NCBI GenBank assembly: GCA_963826785.1
Contig: CAWGYD010000003.1
Span: 224,001 to 288,000 of the forward strand
Length of the DNA stretch: 64,000 bases
Origin: an uncultured delta proteobacterium
GTDB lineage: Bacteria > Desulfobacterota > Desulfobacteria > Desulfobacterales > Desulfosalsimonadaceae
Direction of reading: 5' to 3'
The notes beneath the pieces were generated by a model, which worked only from the letters and a program-made list of their open reading frames with translations, searched no databases and was not told the DNA's origin. Below are positions 52,553 through 62,654 of the stretch, piece by piece (the stretch's first letter is position 1; every line of letters starts with the position of its first letter). The translations under genes and the position numbers were made by a program.

Positions 52553-52742
52553 GGACCGGTGAGAAACCGAAAGATAAACGGGTGAAAAACGTTTTACCAG
52601 GTTACGTTCCTTGGAAGCATTGTACTCCGCTGCACGGTATTTTTGCAGAAAGTAACCGGTCATCATGCTCAGTCCAGTTTGCTGGACGGTGCACCTGCTC
52701 GTGAACGTACACGCGCACGGAAAAGCCATCAGGAGACATCAA

Positions 52743-53222
52743 ATGAATCAGGAACTCGAAGTGGTCTATACCTCCAGGGTCAAGATCGAAAAACTTAAAG
52801 GTCCGGTTCGCCGGGCCTATCTTCCGGGGGAAGACGAACCCGTCTATTTCGGGGTTCATTCCCGGATCGCCGAGCATTACGGGGTGGATGCGTCCAAAGG
52901 AAAATCCCATGCGGCCACGCTGGATTACCTGGTGGCCGCCACGGCCGGCTGACTGACCGGCACCCTGGCCGGGGCGCTGGGAGCAAGAAACATCCGGATC
53001 GGCGAAGGCGGGCTGGTGGCCGATGCGCAGGGCGAAATCGTAAATGCCGGGGGGACATTGAAAGTGACCGGCATCCACGTTGTTTATCGCCTGCAAATCG
53101 AGGAAGCCAAAAAGGAAGAAGCGCAGAAAGTGCATGGCTTTCACGTGCAGTTCTGCCCCATGGCCCAGACCCTCAAGGATTGCGTTAGGATCACCACCTC
53201 CCTGGAATTGACTTCATCATAA
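52743..53222 (+). CDS. OsmC-like selenoprotein (Sec at TGA 52950-52952, residue 70)
   Basis: ORFs 52665-52952 and 53016-53222 are in the same frame with one TGA between them: DYLVAATAG-U-LTGTLAGAL...FCPMAQTL. AGGAG RBS; GC hairpin right after the TGA. Confidence 0.85.
52957..52980 (+). promoter_or_regulatory. Candidate bacterial SECIS hairpin
   Basis: CCGGCACCCT-GGCC-GGGGCGCTGG begins a few nt after the UGA, with a G-initiated apical loop. Confidence 0.6.
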
Positions 53223-53366
53223 ACAACCCGTCTTTTTGCCGCCCCTTGCACCTGCGCGGGACGGGCCGGGAACATGCTTTTTGAAAACCATTGAATAAAC
53301 CCGCGCATCGGTCTATATTATCACCTGTAAATCACCCGACCCATTAACCCATAAAACCGGCGCCAG

Positions 53367-54779
53367 ATGAAAAAGACCAAGATTATCGCCACCATTTCCA
53401 GCAAGAGATGCGATCCGCCGTTTCTTGCCCAGCTTTACGAGGCGGGCATGGACGCGGTGCGGATGAACACGGCGCATATGAACATGGACGAGGCGTCGGT
53501 CATCATCGGCAATGTCCGGACCGTTTCCGACCGGATTCCCATCATCATCGACACCAAGGGACCGGAGATCCGCACCACCTTCAGCCACCAGGAGATTCCG
53601 GTCCGGACCGGCGATATCATCCATGTCCGGGGGGATAAGAACAAGGAGTCCTCGCCCGAATGCGTGTTCGTCAATTACGACCGGTTTTCCGACGAAGTCT
53701 CCGTGGGCGACCGCATCCTCATCGACGACGGGGATGTCGAACTGGCGGTGGTCGACAAAGACGATCAGGGGCTGAAATGCGAGATCAGAAATGACGGGTT
53801 CATCCTGGGCCGGAAGAGCATCAACCTGCCGGGGGTGAAGATTCAAAACCTGCCCTCCCTGAGCGAAAAAGACATCGAATTCATAAAATTTGCCGCCGAC
53901 AACGATGTTGAATTCATCGCCCATTCCTTCGTGCGCCGGAAAGAAGACGTGCAGTCCATCCAGGACATCCTGAATGCGAACAACAGCCGGATCAAGATCA
54001 TCGCCAAGATCGAAAACCAGGAGGGTGTGGACAACATCGACGAGATTCTGGATCATGTCTACGGCATCATGATCGCCCGGGGGGACCTGGCCATTGAAAT
54101 CCCCGCCCAGAAGATCCCCATCATCCAGAAAAACCTGGTCAAAAAATGCATCGAGCGCCGCAAGCCGGTGATCATCGCCACCCAGATGCTCCAGTCCATG
54201 ATCCACTCTCCCCGGCCCACCCGCGCCGAAGTTTCCGATGTGGCCAACGCCTGCCTGGACCGAACGGACGCGGTGATGCTCTCGGGCGAAACCGCCAGCG
54301 GCAAATATCCGCTGGAATCCCTGCAGATGATGGCCACCATCGCCGCTGAAATCGAATCCAGCCAGGACACGTTCATCGATGCGGCCTACGAGTCGGAAAA
54401 CACCATTACCAGCTACCTGGCCAAAGCCGCGGTCAAGGCGTCCATGCGGCTTAACACCCGGGCCCTGCTGGCCGATACCATCAGCGGAAGAACCATCCTG
54501 AGCCTGGCCGCATACCGGGGAAAGAACACCATTTTCGCCCAGTGCTACGACCAGCGGGTCAAACGCGAACTGGCCCTTTCCTATGGGGTTCATGCCAATT
54601 TCATGAAAACGGATCTGACCTCCCACGAATTTCTGCGCACGGCCTTGACCCGCCTGCTCCGGGAAAGCCGTTTTTCAGGAGACAGCCTGGTCACCGTCCT
54701 TGCGGGAAATTTCGGCTCCGACTACGGGGCATCCTACATCGAGATCAATTCCGCCGAAAACATGCTCAAACGCAAATAA
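53367..54779 (+). CDS. pyk: Pyruvate kinase
   Basis: Motifs KTKIIAT, DTKGPEIRT, IAKIEN, MIARGDL, PTRAE and MLSGETA. Confidence 0.97.
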   Translation: MKKTKIIATISSKRCDPPFLAQLYEAGMDAVRMNTAHMNMDEASVIIGNVRTVSDRIPIIIDTKGPEIRTTFSHQEIPVRTGDIIHVRGDKNKESSPECVFVNYDRFSDEVSVGDRILIDDGDVELAVVDKDDQGLKCEIRNDGFILGRKSINLPGVKIQNLPSLSEKDIEFIKFAADNDVEFIAHSFVRRKEDVQSIQDILNANNSRIKIIAKIENQEGVDNIDEILDHVYGIMIARGDLAIEIPAQKIPIIQKNLVKKCIERRKPVIIATQMLQSMIHSPRPTRAEVSDVANACLDRTDAVMLSGETASGKYPLESLQMMATIAAEIESSQDTFIDAAYESENTITSYLAKAAVKASMRLNTRALLADTISGRTILSLAAYRGKNTIFAQCYDQRVKRELALSYGVHANFMKTDLTSHEFLRTALTRLLRESRFSGDSLVTVLAGNFGSDYGASYIEINSAENMLKRK

Positions 54780-54786
54780 AACCGCC

Positions 54787-55554
54787 ATGCCGCACCGCAA
54801 GATCATCCTGTTCACCGCCCTTTTCGCCATCGCACTGACTGCTGTGGTTCACGCCGATATCGTCATCTTGAAATCCGGACGGGTCATCCCTGACGTCAAG
54901 GTCACCGAAGACGGCGCGGCCTATTACCTGGAAGGAAAAGATCAGTCGTATTTCATCAACAGGGAAGCCGTTGAATCCATCGCCCGGACTCAAAAGCCGG
55001 GTGCGGCACGCACGCTTCCGGAAAAGGCCATGGCGTATGCCAGATCCATTCCCGGCCGGGCAGCGCGGTTTTACCGGGACTATTTCGCCGTGGCCGCAGC
55101 CGCCGGCATCCTCCTGCTCCTGCTGATCGCGCTGCTTGTTTTCAAATTCATCTGGATCAACATGAAGCCGGTGATCAAGGCCAATTTCCGGCGCGCCGGG
55201 ATTGTCTCCGCCGCCAGGCACCTGGATGCGGATGAAAAAGCGGTCATGCGGGAATTTTTTCTCCAGCAGTCCAATTCCATCGAGCTTCCCGTGAGCGACA
55301 CGGCGGTGGCCGGCCTGATTGAAAAGGGGGTCCTTATCCCCACCCGGGAAAAAGGGGAATATTCGGCCTGCGGGCTGATGCTGCCCGTGATCATCTCCCC
55401 TGCTGCCAGAAGGCACATCAAGGCGGGAAAAATCGGCATGCCGTCCAGCATGAAAAATGAAAAAAAACGAGAAGCCGTCCTCACTTCCCGCCCGGAATTC
55501 ATCTACGAACTGGCCCGGTTCTACAAAACCCTGGACCAGAAACCCCGCTGGTAA
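54787..55554 (+). CDS. Membrane protein: signal peptide + small domain + TM + SieB (superinfection exclusion B)-like domain
   Basis: After the TM, 'LDADEKAVMREFFLQQSNSIELPVSDTAVAGLIEKGVL' resembles the SieB family pattern (from recall). Confidence 0.6.
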   Translation: MPHRKIILFTALFAIALTAVVHADIVILKSGRVIPDVKVTEDGAAYYLEGKDQSYFINREAVESIARTQKPGAARTLPEKAMAYARSIPGRAARFYRDYFAVAAAAGILLLLLIALLVFKFIWINMKPVIKANFRRAGIVSAARHLDADEKAVMREFFLQQSNSIELPVSDTAVAGLIEKGVLIPTREKGEYSACGLMLPVIISPAARRHIKAGKIGMPSSMKNEKKREAVLTSRPEFIYELARFYKTLDQKPRW

Positions 55555-55569
55555 ACGTGTCAGCGCAAA

Positions 55570-55606
55570 AAAACCCGGCCGGGCGAATTTTTCCGGGCCG
55601 GGTTTT
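55570..55606. terminator. Bidirectional terminator
   Basis: AAAACCCGGCC...GGCCGGGTTTT between convergent genes. Confidence 0.75.
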
Positions 55607-55677
55607 GCCTTAACGTAAATGGTGGCTGCACAAAAACCGTTTTTGTTTAACCACTGATAGCAAAAGTTATATTTTAA

Positions 55678-56031
55678 TTAATGCCTTTCGGCCGACTCGA
55701 TGATCGCTTCGCGGGCGCCTTCGGCCGATCCTTTACCCGCCATCCATAACCGGCTGCTCTTCTTTCCCAGCTGTTTTCCGGTTGATTTCACGTCGCCGAA
55801 AAAGGAGTTGGTCCGCTTTGCAAGGTCCTTGCGGATTTTCTTGCCTTTGTCCGGCGCCAGAAGCATCCCCGTGGCGATGCCCGCGGCAATGCCCGCGCTC
55901 AGCCCGATGGCCAGGTTGCGGTTTCCCACCCGGCTCATCAATTTTTTCCGCCTCCGACCCACGGGCATGCGGGCGACTGCATTCTTGAAGGCATGACCAA
56001 TTTTCTGCGATCTATCATATCTTGACAGCAT
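55678..56031 (-). CDS. YtxH-domain protein
   Basis: GIAAGIATGMLLAPDKGKKIRKDL; AAGGAG RBS. Confidence 0.8.
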   Translation of the reverse strand: MLSRYDRSQKIGHAFKNAVARMPVGRRRKKLMSRVGNRNLAIGLSAGIAAGIATGMLLAPDKGKKIRKDLAKRTNSFFGDVKSTGKQLGKKSSRLWMAGKGSAEGAREAIIESAERH

Positions 56032-56314
56032 ATCCACACTCCTTTTCATTTGTTGAGTTGTTGGTGCTTTTTTTCTTCCCGTGACTGAATATACCATGAC
56101 AATCCCGCCGCCATTCGTAAATCAATGGTACCCCGTATTTTCGGCCCATGTTTCATGTATTTGCGTCGCGCATCCGGCAGATGCATCGAAATGATAAATC
56201 CGGGGAGGTGGCATCGGTCGGATTCAATGTTATATTGATAGCAGGAATAAAGCGGCCCGGCAGGCGTTGTGAAACGCCGGCGAATTCAAAGAACAACTAT
56301 ATGGAATAAAGCAC

Positions 56315-57373
56315 ATGGAACTGCCCATCATTCCTCCTTTCCCGCCCATGGAAGCCCAACTGGTATCCACCATGCCCACCGGCAAGCAGTGGCTGTATGA
56401 GCCCAAGTGGGACGGATTCCGCTGCCTGATTTTCAGGGATGGCGATACGGTGGAGTTGCAGTCCAAGGCGGGCAAACCCCTGGGCCGCTATTTCCCGGAA
56501 ATCATCGAAGCTGTCAAAACCATCGATGCCGACGGGTTTGTCCTGGACGGCGAAATCGTGGTGCCGATCAAGGGGCTTTTTTCCTTCGACGATCTCCTCC
56601 AGCGGATTCACCCGGCGGAAAGCCGCATCAACCGCCTGGCGCGGGAATTTCCCGCCACCCTGATCCTGTTCGACCTGCTGGTGGACGCCGGCAGGGACAT
56701 CATCACCGACCTGCCGCTTTCCAAAAGACGAAAACGTCTGGAACAATTCGCCGAAAGGCATTTTGTCGACCGGAAGGAATTCACCCTGTCCGAGGCGACC
56801 CTGGATGGGGCTGCGGCCCGTAAATGGCTGGACTCATCGGGGATCAACCTGGACGGCATCATGGCCAAGCGGATGGATCTCCCCTACCGTTCGGGAGAAC
56901 GCGACGCGATGAAAAAAATCAAGAAGATGCGCACCGCAGACTGCGTGGTGGGCGGGTTCCGCTACAGTGCCGCATCTTTTGAGGCAGATCAGCTGGTGGA
57001 AAAAAGTCGGCGGCAGGTGGGATCACTGCTGCTGGGCCTCTATGACGACCAGGGGCGGCTGCATCACGTGGGATTCTGCTCCGGCCTGACCGATGTGGAA
57101 CGAAAAAGCCTGGTGGATCAGCTGGAACCCCTCATCGATCCGCCCGGATTCACCGGCCGCGCGCCGGGCGGCCCCAGCCGCTGGAACACCGAACGCACAG
57201 ACCAATGGGAGCCGCTTTCGCCCCAGATGGTGGTGGAAGTTCAGTGGGATCACTTCACCGGCGGCCGGTTCCGCCATGGCACCCGCCTTTTGCGCTGGCG
57301 CCCGGACAAGCCCCCCGCACAGTGCACCTTGGACCAGGTGGAAAAAACCACCCCCAATATCCCGCCGTCCTGA
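56315..57373 (+). CDS. ligC: ATP-dependent DNA ligase (LigC-like)
   Basis: Motifs YEPKWDGFR, LDGEIV, TADCVVGGFR, GSLLLGLYD, PGGPSRW and RWRPDK. Confidence 0.88.
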   Translation: MELPIIPPFPPMEAQLVSTMPTGKQWLYEPKWDGFRCLIFRDGDTVELQSKAGKPLGRYFPEIIEAVKTIDADGFVLDGEIVVPIKGLFSFDDLLQRIHPAESRINRLAREFPATLILFDLLVDAGRDIITDLPLSKRRKRLEQFAERHFVDRKEFTLSEATLDGAAARKWLDSSGINLDGIMAKRMDLPYRSGERDAMKKIKKMRTADCVVGGFRYSAASFEADQLVEKSRRQVGSLLLGLYDDQGRLHHVGFCSGLTDVERKSLVDQLEPLIDPPGFTGRAPGGPSRWNTERTDQWEPLSPQMVVEVQWDHFTGGRFRHGTRLLRWRPDKPPAQCTLDQVEKTTPNIPPS

Positions 57374-57597
57374 AGTGCATCAATTTCGATTTCACAATTG
57401 ACAATTGACCATGAAATTGATTTTCTGAATGATCGGAAAAATTAAATGAATCCCGCTTTACAGTCAATATCGGCGGCGGCCGGGGTCCGGAAAGCGGAGA
57501 CATTATGGGGACGCTAAACTGATATTTGCAGTTTAGGATGCGCTGATGTATACTCGCATTTTCGTCACCTGGCATGAACGCTCCTGAAAGTGCTTGA

Positions 57598-58850
57598 ATG
57601 AAAACACCCGGACAACCACCCGAAACCGCCCGCCGCTGCGCTCCCGAAAGCGCAAAAACCATTTGCTTCGACCGCATGGAATTTGCGGGTTCCTTAGGCG
57701 ACCTGGGAACCCTGCTGCCGCTCTCCATCGGCATCATTCTCATCTGCGGGTTGAACCCCATGGCCATATTCTGGGCCATCGGCATCTACTATATCCTCTC
57801 GGGCCTGTATTTCAAGGTGACCGCGCCGGTGGAGCCCATGAAGGTGATCGCCGGCTATGCCATCGCCACCGGCCTCACCGCCGCCCAGATCCAGGCGTCG
57901 AGCCTGCTGTTATTCGTCTTTCTCATCCTCATCGGCGCCACCGGCATCATTACCCTGATCGGCCGCTACATTCCCACGCCCGTGGTTCGGGGGGTGCAGC
58001 TCTCCACCGGCCTGCTCCTGATCTCCCAGGGAGTCAAACTGATGCTGGGGGCAACGCCAGTTCCAGACCCTTCGCCGGGCGGCCGAGCCGTTTCTGCACC
58101 TTCAGCACATCGGTCCGGTCCCGGTGGGACTGGTGATCGGCATCGGGCTGGGGATCCTCACCCTGCTGCTGCTGGAAAACCGCCGCCTCCCCGCCGCCCT
58201 GGTGGTGGTGGGCGCAGGCCTGCTCATCGGCCTTGCGGCCGGCACCGGAGAGGGCATGGACGGGCTGAAAATCGGCCTGAACCTGCCCCGCCTGCTTCCC
58301 TACGGCCTGCCTAGGCAGCACGGATTTCACCTTCGCACTGCTGGTGCTGGTCCTCCCCCAGATCCCCATGACCATCGGAAACGCCGTGATCGCCAATGCG
58401 GACCTGTCGCGCCAGTATTTTGCCGAGCAGGGCAAAAGAGTGACCTACAAAAGCCTGTGCGTCTCCATGGCCCTGGCCAACCTGGGCAGCTTCCTCATCG
58501 GCGGCATCCCCATGTGCCACGGCGCAGGCGGCCTGGCTTCACGCTACCGCTTCGGCGCCCGCACCGCCGGTTCCAACCTGATCATCGGATCCATATTCGT
58601 GGCCCTGGCCCTGTTTCTGGGCCCCTATGCGCTCTCCATCATCTACCTTCTCCCCATGTCCGCCCTGGGCGTCCTGCTCATCTTTGCCGGCGCGCAGCTG
58701 GCACTCACCCTGCTGGACATGAAAACCCGCAAGGATCTTTTCGTCCCCCTGCTCATCGCCAGCATCACCCTGGCGTCCAACCTGGCCGCCGGGTTCCTCA
58801 CCGGAATCGCCGTCGCCTGGCTGCTCAAGTCAGACCGACTCAATGTCTGA
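57598..58850 (+). CDS. MOT1-type molybdate/sulfate transporter, two apparent 1-nt frameshifts
   Basis: Motifs GSLGDLGT, PVEPMK, PQIPMTIGNA and PMCHGAGGLA. Frame changes at about 58056 and 58313. Confidence 0.85.
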
Positions 58851-59060
58851 ATGGATAATTATCCGCCCCGGACCTGCCATATTGCAGTGTCAGCAGCGCT
58901 CCCGCCTGGTTTATCGGCTCACCGGATTTGAAATCGGATTGGCGCCCGTCAAAAACGCGTGAATATGCGGCCGGTATTTGCGCAATGGATCACCGGGCGT
59001 ATATTTTGTTCACGCTACTCTTGAAGTGATTTCTTCGACCCAGGCGACATATCAAAAGCG

Positions 59061-59795
59061 ATGAACAGACAATATTATTTCATCAGACATGCACTGCCCG
59101 TAAACGATGCGGGGTCTTTTCACATCAGTGTTTTTGACCGGGACATGATGGGGGAAGTGGATGAAGGATTGTCTGAAAAGGGAAAGCGGCAGGCCGCGGT
59201 GCTCACGCCAATGATACAGGAAAGCGGGGCCGAACGGCTGGTTTCGAGCACGCGGAAACGGGCGATCGAAACGGCTGAAATCATCTCAGAGGGATCCGGC
59301 CTGCATTATCAGGGCCGCTTGCCCAGCCTGGTCGAAATCAACCTGGGCAGTTACCCGGTGAACAAAAACCTCCTGTTTCGGTTCATGATGTCAACCGCAT
59401 GGCCCCGGTTCATGAGAGGGGCGCTGGACCGGATCATGGCCGACGGCCTTACGTTTCACTATTTCATCCAATGGCAGCGGGGCAAAACCCAGGGCGCAGA
59501 TACGATCACCGCGATTAACGAAAGAATCGATGACGGCCTGAAGGTGCTGGATTCACTTCCCCAGGAGCGGATCGCCGTGGTTGGGCATGCAGGCTGGATA
59601 ACCTTCATGGCAATCCGGATCAGGGCGGAATCGATGCTCCGGCTGGCCCGGATTTTCCGGGTGGGCAACTGCTCCGTGACCCGTGTGGATGCGGACGGAA
59701 CCGGCGGATACCGCCTGCGATATTTTGCCAAAAACGCCTTGAAAGCGGAAAAAAAAGCCCGGTCCGTCTCTGATGGACTCGCCATCAGCGATTAG
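59061..59795 (+). CDS. Histidine phosphatase (phosphoglycerate mutase) family protein
   Basis: Motifs FIRHA, SST..RA.ETA, L.EI.LG, VVGH and NCS. Confidence 0.85.
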   Translation: MNRQYYFIRHALPVNDAGSFHISVFDRDMMGEVDEGLSEKGKRQAAVLTPMIQESGAERLVSSTRKRAIETAEIISEGSGLHYQGRLPSLVEINLGSYPVNKNLLFRFMMSTAWPRFMRGALDRIMADGLTFHYFIQWQRGKTQGADTITAINERIDDGLKVLDSLPQERIAVVGHAGWITFMAIRIRAESMLRLARIFRVGNCSVTRVDADGTGGYRLRYFAKNALKAEKKARSVSDGLAISD

Positions 59796-59867
59796 CGGAT
59801 CATCTGGGTAATCCGCAAAAACTGAAGTTGAATCGGGCGCCCGCCCTGCCCGGAAAACTGTCAACCC

Positions 59868-60785
59868 ATGCGCATCGGATATCCCTGCATCAACCGCTCC
59901 ATCGGATGTTCGGCCAACCGGACCTTCCGGCTGGCCAATTTTTCCGAAAAGCGGCTCATTGAGACGGCGGCCGGCAATGTCGAATGCCTGGAACGGATCC
60001 TGGCCCAAAACGTTGAAAAGGGGCTGCTGTTCCACCGGATATCCTCGGACATCATTCCCTTTGCCTCCCACCCGGTCTGCACGGTGAACTGGCAGCATCG
60101 TTTTTCCTCCGACTTTTCCCGGCTGGGGCGGTTTGTCCGCAGGCACCGGATGCGCATCTCCATGCACCCGGACCAGTTCACGCTCATCAATTCGACGGAC
60201 CGGGAGGTATTTGAACGAAGCGTTCGGGAGCTGGCATACCATGCCGATATACTCGACCGGATGGACCTGGACGGGCGCGCCCGCATCCAGATCCATGTGG
60301 GCGGCATCTACGGGGACAAGGATGCGGCCATGGCCCGGTTCATCCGGCGATTTGAAGAGCTGGACGGGCGCATCCGCCAACGGCTGGCCATCGAAAATGA
60401 CGACCGGCTCTACACCTTTTCCGATTGCGTCAAAATCTGGGAACGGATCGGAATTCCGGTCATATTCGACAATCTTCATCATGCGGTGAATTCCTCCGGC
60501 GAAGGGCTGGCCGAGGTTTTTGGGCGCCTTGTTCAAATCTGGACGCCGGAAACCGGCATCCCCATGACCGACTACAGCGATGCGGTTTCCGGCGGCCGGG
60601 CCGGCCGGCATGCCGAACACATCGATGCGGCGGCGTTTTCCCGCTACCTGGCGGACACCGAAGGATTTGATTTTGACATCATGCTGGAATTAAAGGACAA
60701 GGAAAGAAGCGCGGCCGAAGCCGTCCGGATTGCAGGAAAAGACGCGCGGTTCATCAGCACAGGCGGCCCGAGAAAGGCGCCATGA
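59868..60785 (+). CDS. uvsE: UV DNA damage endonuclease
   Basis: Motifs RIGYPC, RISS, PFASHP, SMHPDQF, IENDD, FD..HH and MLE.KDKE. Confidence 0.93.
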   Translation: MRIGYPCINRSIGCSANRTFRLANFSEKRLIETAAGNVECLERILAQNVEKGLLFHRISSDIIPFASHPVCTVNWQHRFSSDFSRLGRFVRRHRMRISMHPDQFTLINSTDREVFERSVRELAYHADILDRMDLDGRARIQIHVGGIYGDKDAAMARFIRRFEELDGRIRQRLAIENDDRLYTFSDCVKIWERIGIPVIFDNLHHAVNSSGEGLAEVFGRLVQIWTPETGIPMTDYSDAVSGGRAGRHAEHIDAAAFSRYLADTEGFDFDIMLELKDKERSAAEAVRIAGKDARFISTGGPRKAP

Positions 60786-60963
60786 AGCAAAATCGCCATG
60801 CACCGCACAATCCGGGGGAGCGTGCTGATTACAAAATATGGAAACCCCGGAAACCATCGGCAGCCCGCTCTAAAAAGAGCCCGAGGTTCCGGGGCCGCCA
60901 ATGCCGGGGTCCGACTTCGTCCGTTTTCAAAAGGAATCTAAAAACAGCCAATTGGGCAAAAGA

Positions 60964-61188
60964 TCAGGCTTTTCGGGCATTGTAGCAGCTTCGTTCAACA
61001 TAACTGCTGCTGGCCTCATCGAATACCGCATCTTTTTCATGCACCAGCTGCGGGGTGTTTCCCCAGTTGCCGCACGCCAGAACCACCGGTTCGCCCAGGG
61101 TAAAATTCTGTCCGCAGGCCGGGCAGTGGGGCGTCGTGCTGAGCCTTTCCCGGCTCATGATTGTTTTAAGGCCTTCTCGTCTGTTCAT
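60964..61188 (-). CDS. Small Cys/His-rich hypothetical protein
   Basis: AAGGAG RBS; CPAC...C...H...C. Confidence 0.7.
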   Translation of the reverse strand: MNRREGLKTIMSRERLSTTPHCPACGQNFTLGEPVVLACGNWGNTPQLVHEKDAVFDEASSSYVERSCYNARKA

Positions 61189-61319
61189 AAGAATTGCTCC
61201 TTTCTCCCATCACGATGGGTCTACCCACAGGGATGAACTGGACTTCTATGATAAAGGTAAGCGCAAAAGCCCCGAATATCAAGGGAAGAAGGTTTTAGCC
61301 CGAAGGTGCGCTTTTTCGT

Positions 61320-62210
61320 TCAGGGGCGCTCGCCGGCTGTGCCGCCCGATTTCTGGGGCGGAAGCGCGCCGGGCCGGATCTTTTTCCAGCGCTCGCCCAC
61401 CGGGCAGGCCCGCATGCACTCGATGCAGTTGTCCACGTCCGTGATATAGGTCTGACCGCTTTCCACCAGCAGATCCCTTTTTTTAAAATGCGTGCGCAGC
61501 ATCCGGATAAATGCGGGCAGTTCACGCAACCGTGATGGGGGCAGCCGCTTGAAGCCATACGACCAGTAGACGAAGCAGGGATCTACGTCATAGCCGCCCT
61601 GGGTCAGGGCGCCGGAGGGGCAGGCCTTTATGCACCGGCCGCATCCCTTGCAGAGATCGAGTTCGCGGGGTGCATCGGGGCTGAGCGGCGCTTCCGTGAC
61701 AATGGCGCAAAGGCGCTGGTGCGGGCCAAATTCCGGGGTGAGGAGCAGATTGTTTTTCCCGATCTCCCCCAGCCCGCAGCTCATTGCCGCATGCTTGAGC
61801 GAGAGAAACCCCAGCACCCGGGTCTGGCGGAATTTTTTGCCGGTCACGGGATTGATTTTAAAAATTTCAACCGGCTTGTCCGCTGAAATCGGAAGCGTCA
61901 AAAACCCTTTTTGCTCCAGCATCCGCCCGATTTTTTCCGCTGTTTCGTCCAGCAGCCGGGAGGTTTGCATCTTGCTGCGGGTCCACAGCATGATGTCGGG
62001 TGAATAAACCGCTCCCAGCGAATGGGCCACCGCCATGACGATCACGCTTTTCGCCGTCGGCATGAGCGCCGTGGCCGGCCGGGGGGGATACGCCAGGATC
62101 AGGTTTTTCGCATCGGCAATTCCCACCAGGTCGATGCCCTGGGCCATGATCATTTCTTTAATGACCGCCGCATCGCTCTCTTCGCTTTTTCCGAATGGCA
62201 AATTATTCAT
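61320..62210 (-). CDS. QueG/reductive-dehalogenase-like Fe-S protein
   Basis: DLVGIA, SLKHAA..CGLGEIGKNNLLLTPEFG, CKGCGRCIKACP and CIECMRACP. Confidence 0.8.
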   Translation of the reverse strand: MNNLPFGKSEESDAAVIKEMIMAQGIDLVGIADAKNLILAYPPRPATALMPTAKSVIVMAVAHSLGAVYSPDIMLWTRSKMQTSRLLDETAEKIGRMLEQKGFLTLPISADKPVEIFKINPVTGKKFRQTRVLGFLSLKHAAMSCGLGEIGKNNLLLTPEFGPHQRLCAIVTEAPLSPDAPRELDLCKGCGRCIKACPSGALTQGGYDVDPCFVYWSYGFKRLPPSRLRELPAFIRMLRTHFKKRDLLVESGQTYITDVDNCIECMRACPVGERWKKIRPGALPPQKSGGTAGERP

Positions 62211-62483
62211 TCCCGATTTCTCCTCAATAATTTCCGAATTCCGGATTCACACGCAACGCCCGTGGCGCAGGGTACCTATCGCTGATGAAGATGTGTAAAA
62301 ATGCTTATTGCCGTATCCGGTCGGGAAAAAATTTCAGGTTGACCACGAAACTACCCATCTTCTTCTCCTCACCTCAAAAAGGCAACCGGTTTTGTTTTAA
62401 CGATCGTAAAACATAGAGTCGAGTGGTTCTGTCAATGATCGGATACGGACAACGCTTCTGCCGTAGAATGGCGCAGCCTCTGA

Positions 62484-62536
62484 AAATCCATGATCACATC
62501 CGCATCTGCCGCTGATGCGCCTGTGATCATGGATTT
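62484..62536. repeat. Long intergenic inverted repeat
   Basis: AAATCCATGATCACA..CGCATC-loop-GATGCG..TGTGATCATGGATTT. Confidence 0.85.
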
Positions 62537-62654
62537 GCGGGAAAACGCTTCCAATACAACAAAAATATATTCTCTTATCAAATAATTATATGCCAAGGCA
62601 ATGATCTGCCGCTAAAAATTTTGACAATAAGACAATCGAGATCATCCTGTTATA

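Noticed and set aside
57379..57421. CAATTGA short repeats as a regulator site for the molybdate transporter
   Set aside because: Only 2-3 short units, with no match I can support to ModE-type operators.
35010..58850. Programmed frameshifting or true pseudogenes for the HisKA_3 kinase, acyl-CoA dehydrogenase and MOT1 transporter
   Set aside because: These are single-base indels, mostly in short homopolymers, in otherwise intact genes. Long-read consensus error is more parsimonious, but this cannot be proven without reads.
61320..62210. Respiratory reductive dehalogenase
   Set aside because: Too short, with no Tat signal and no rdhB.
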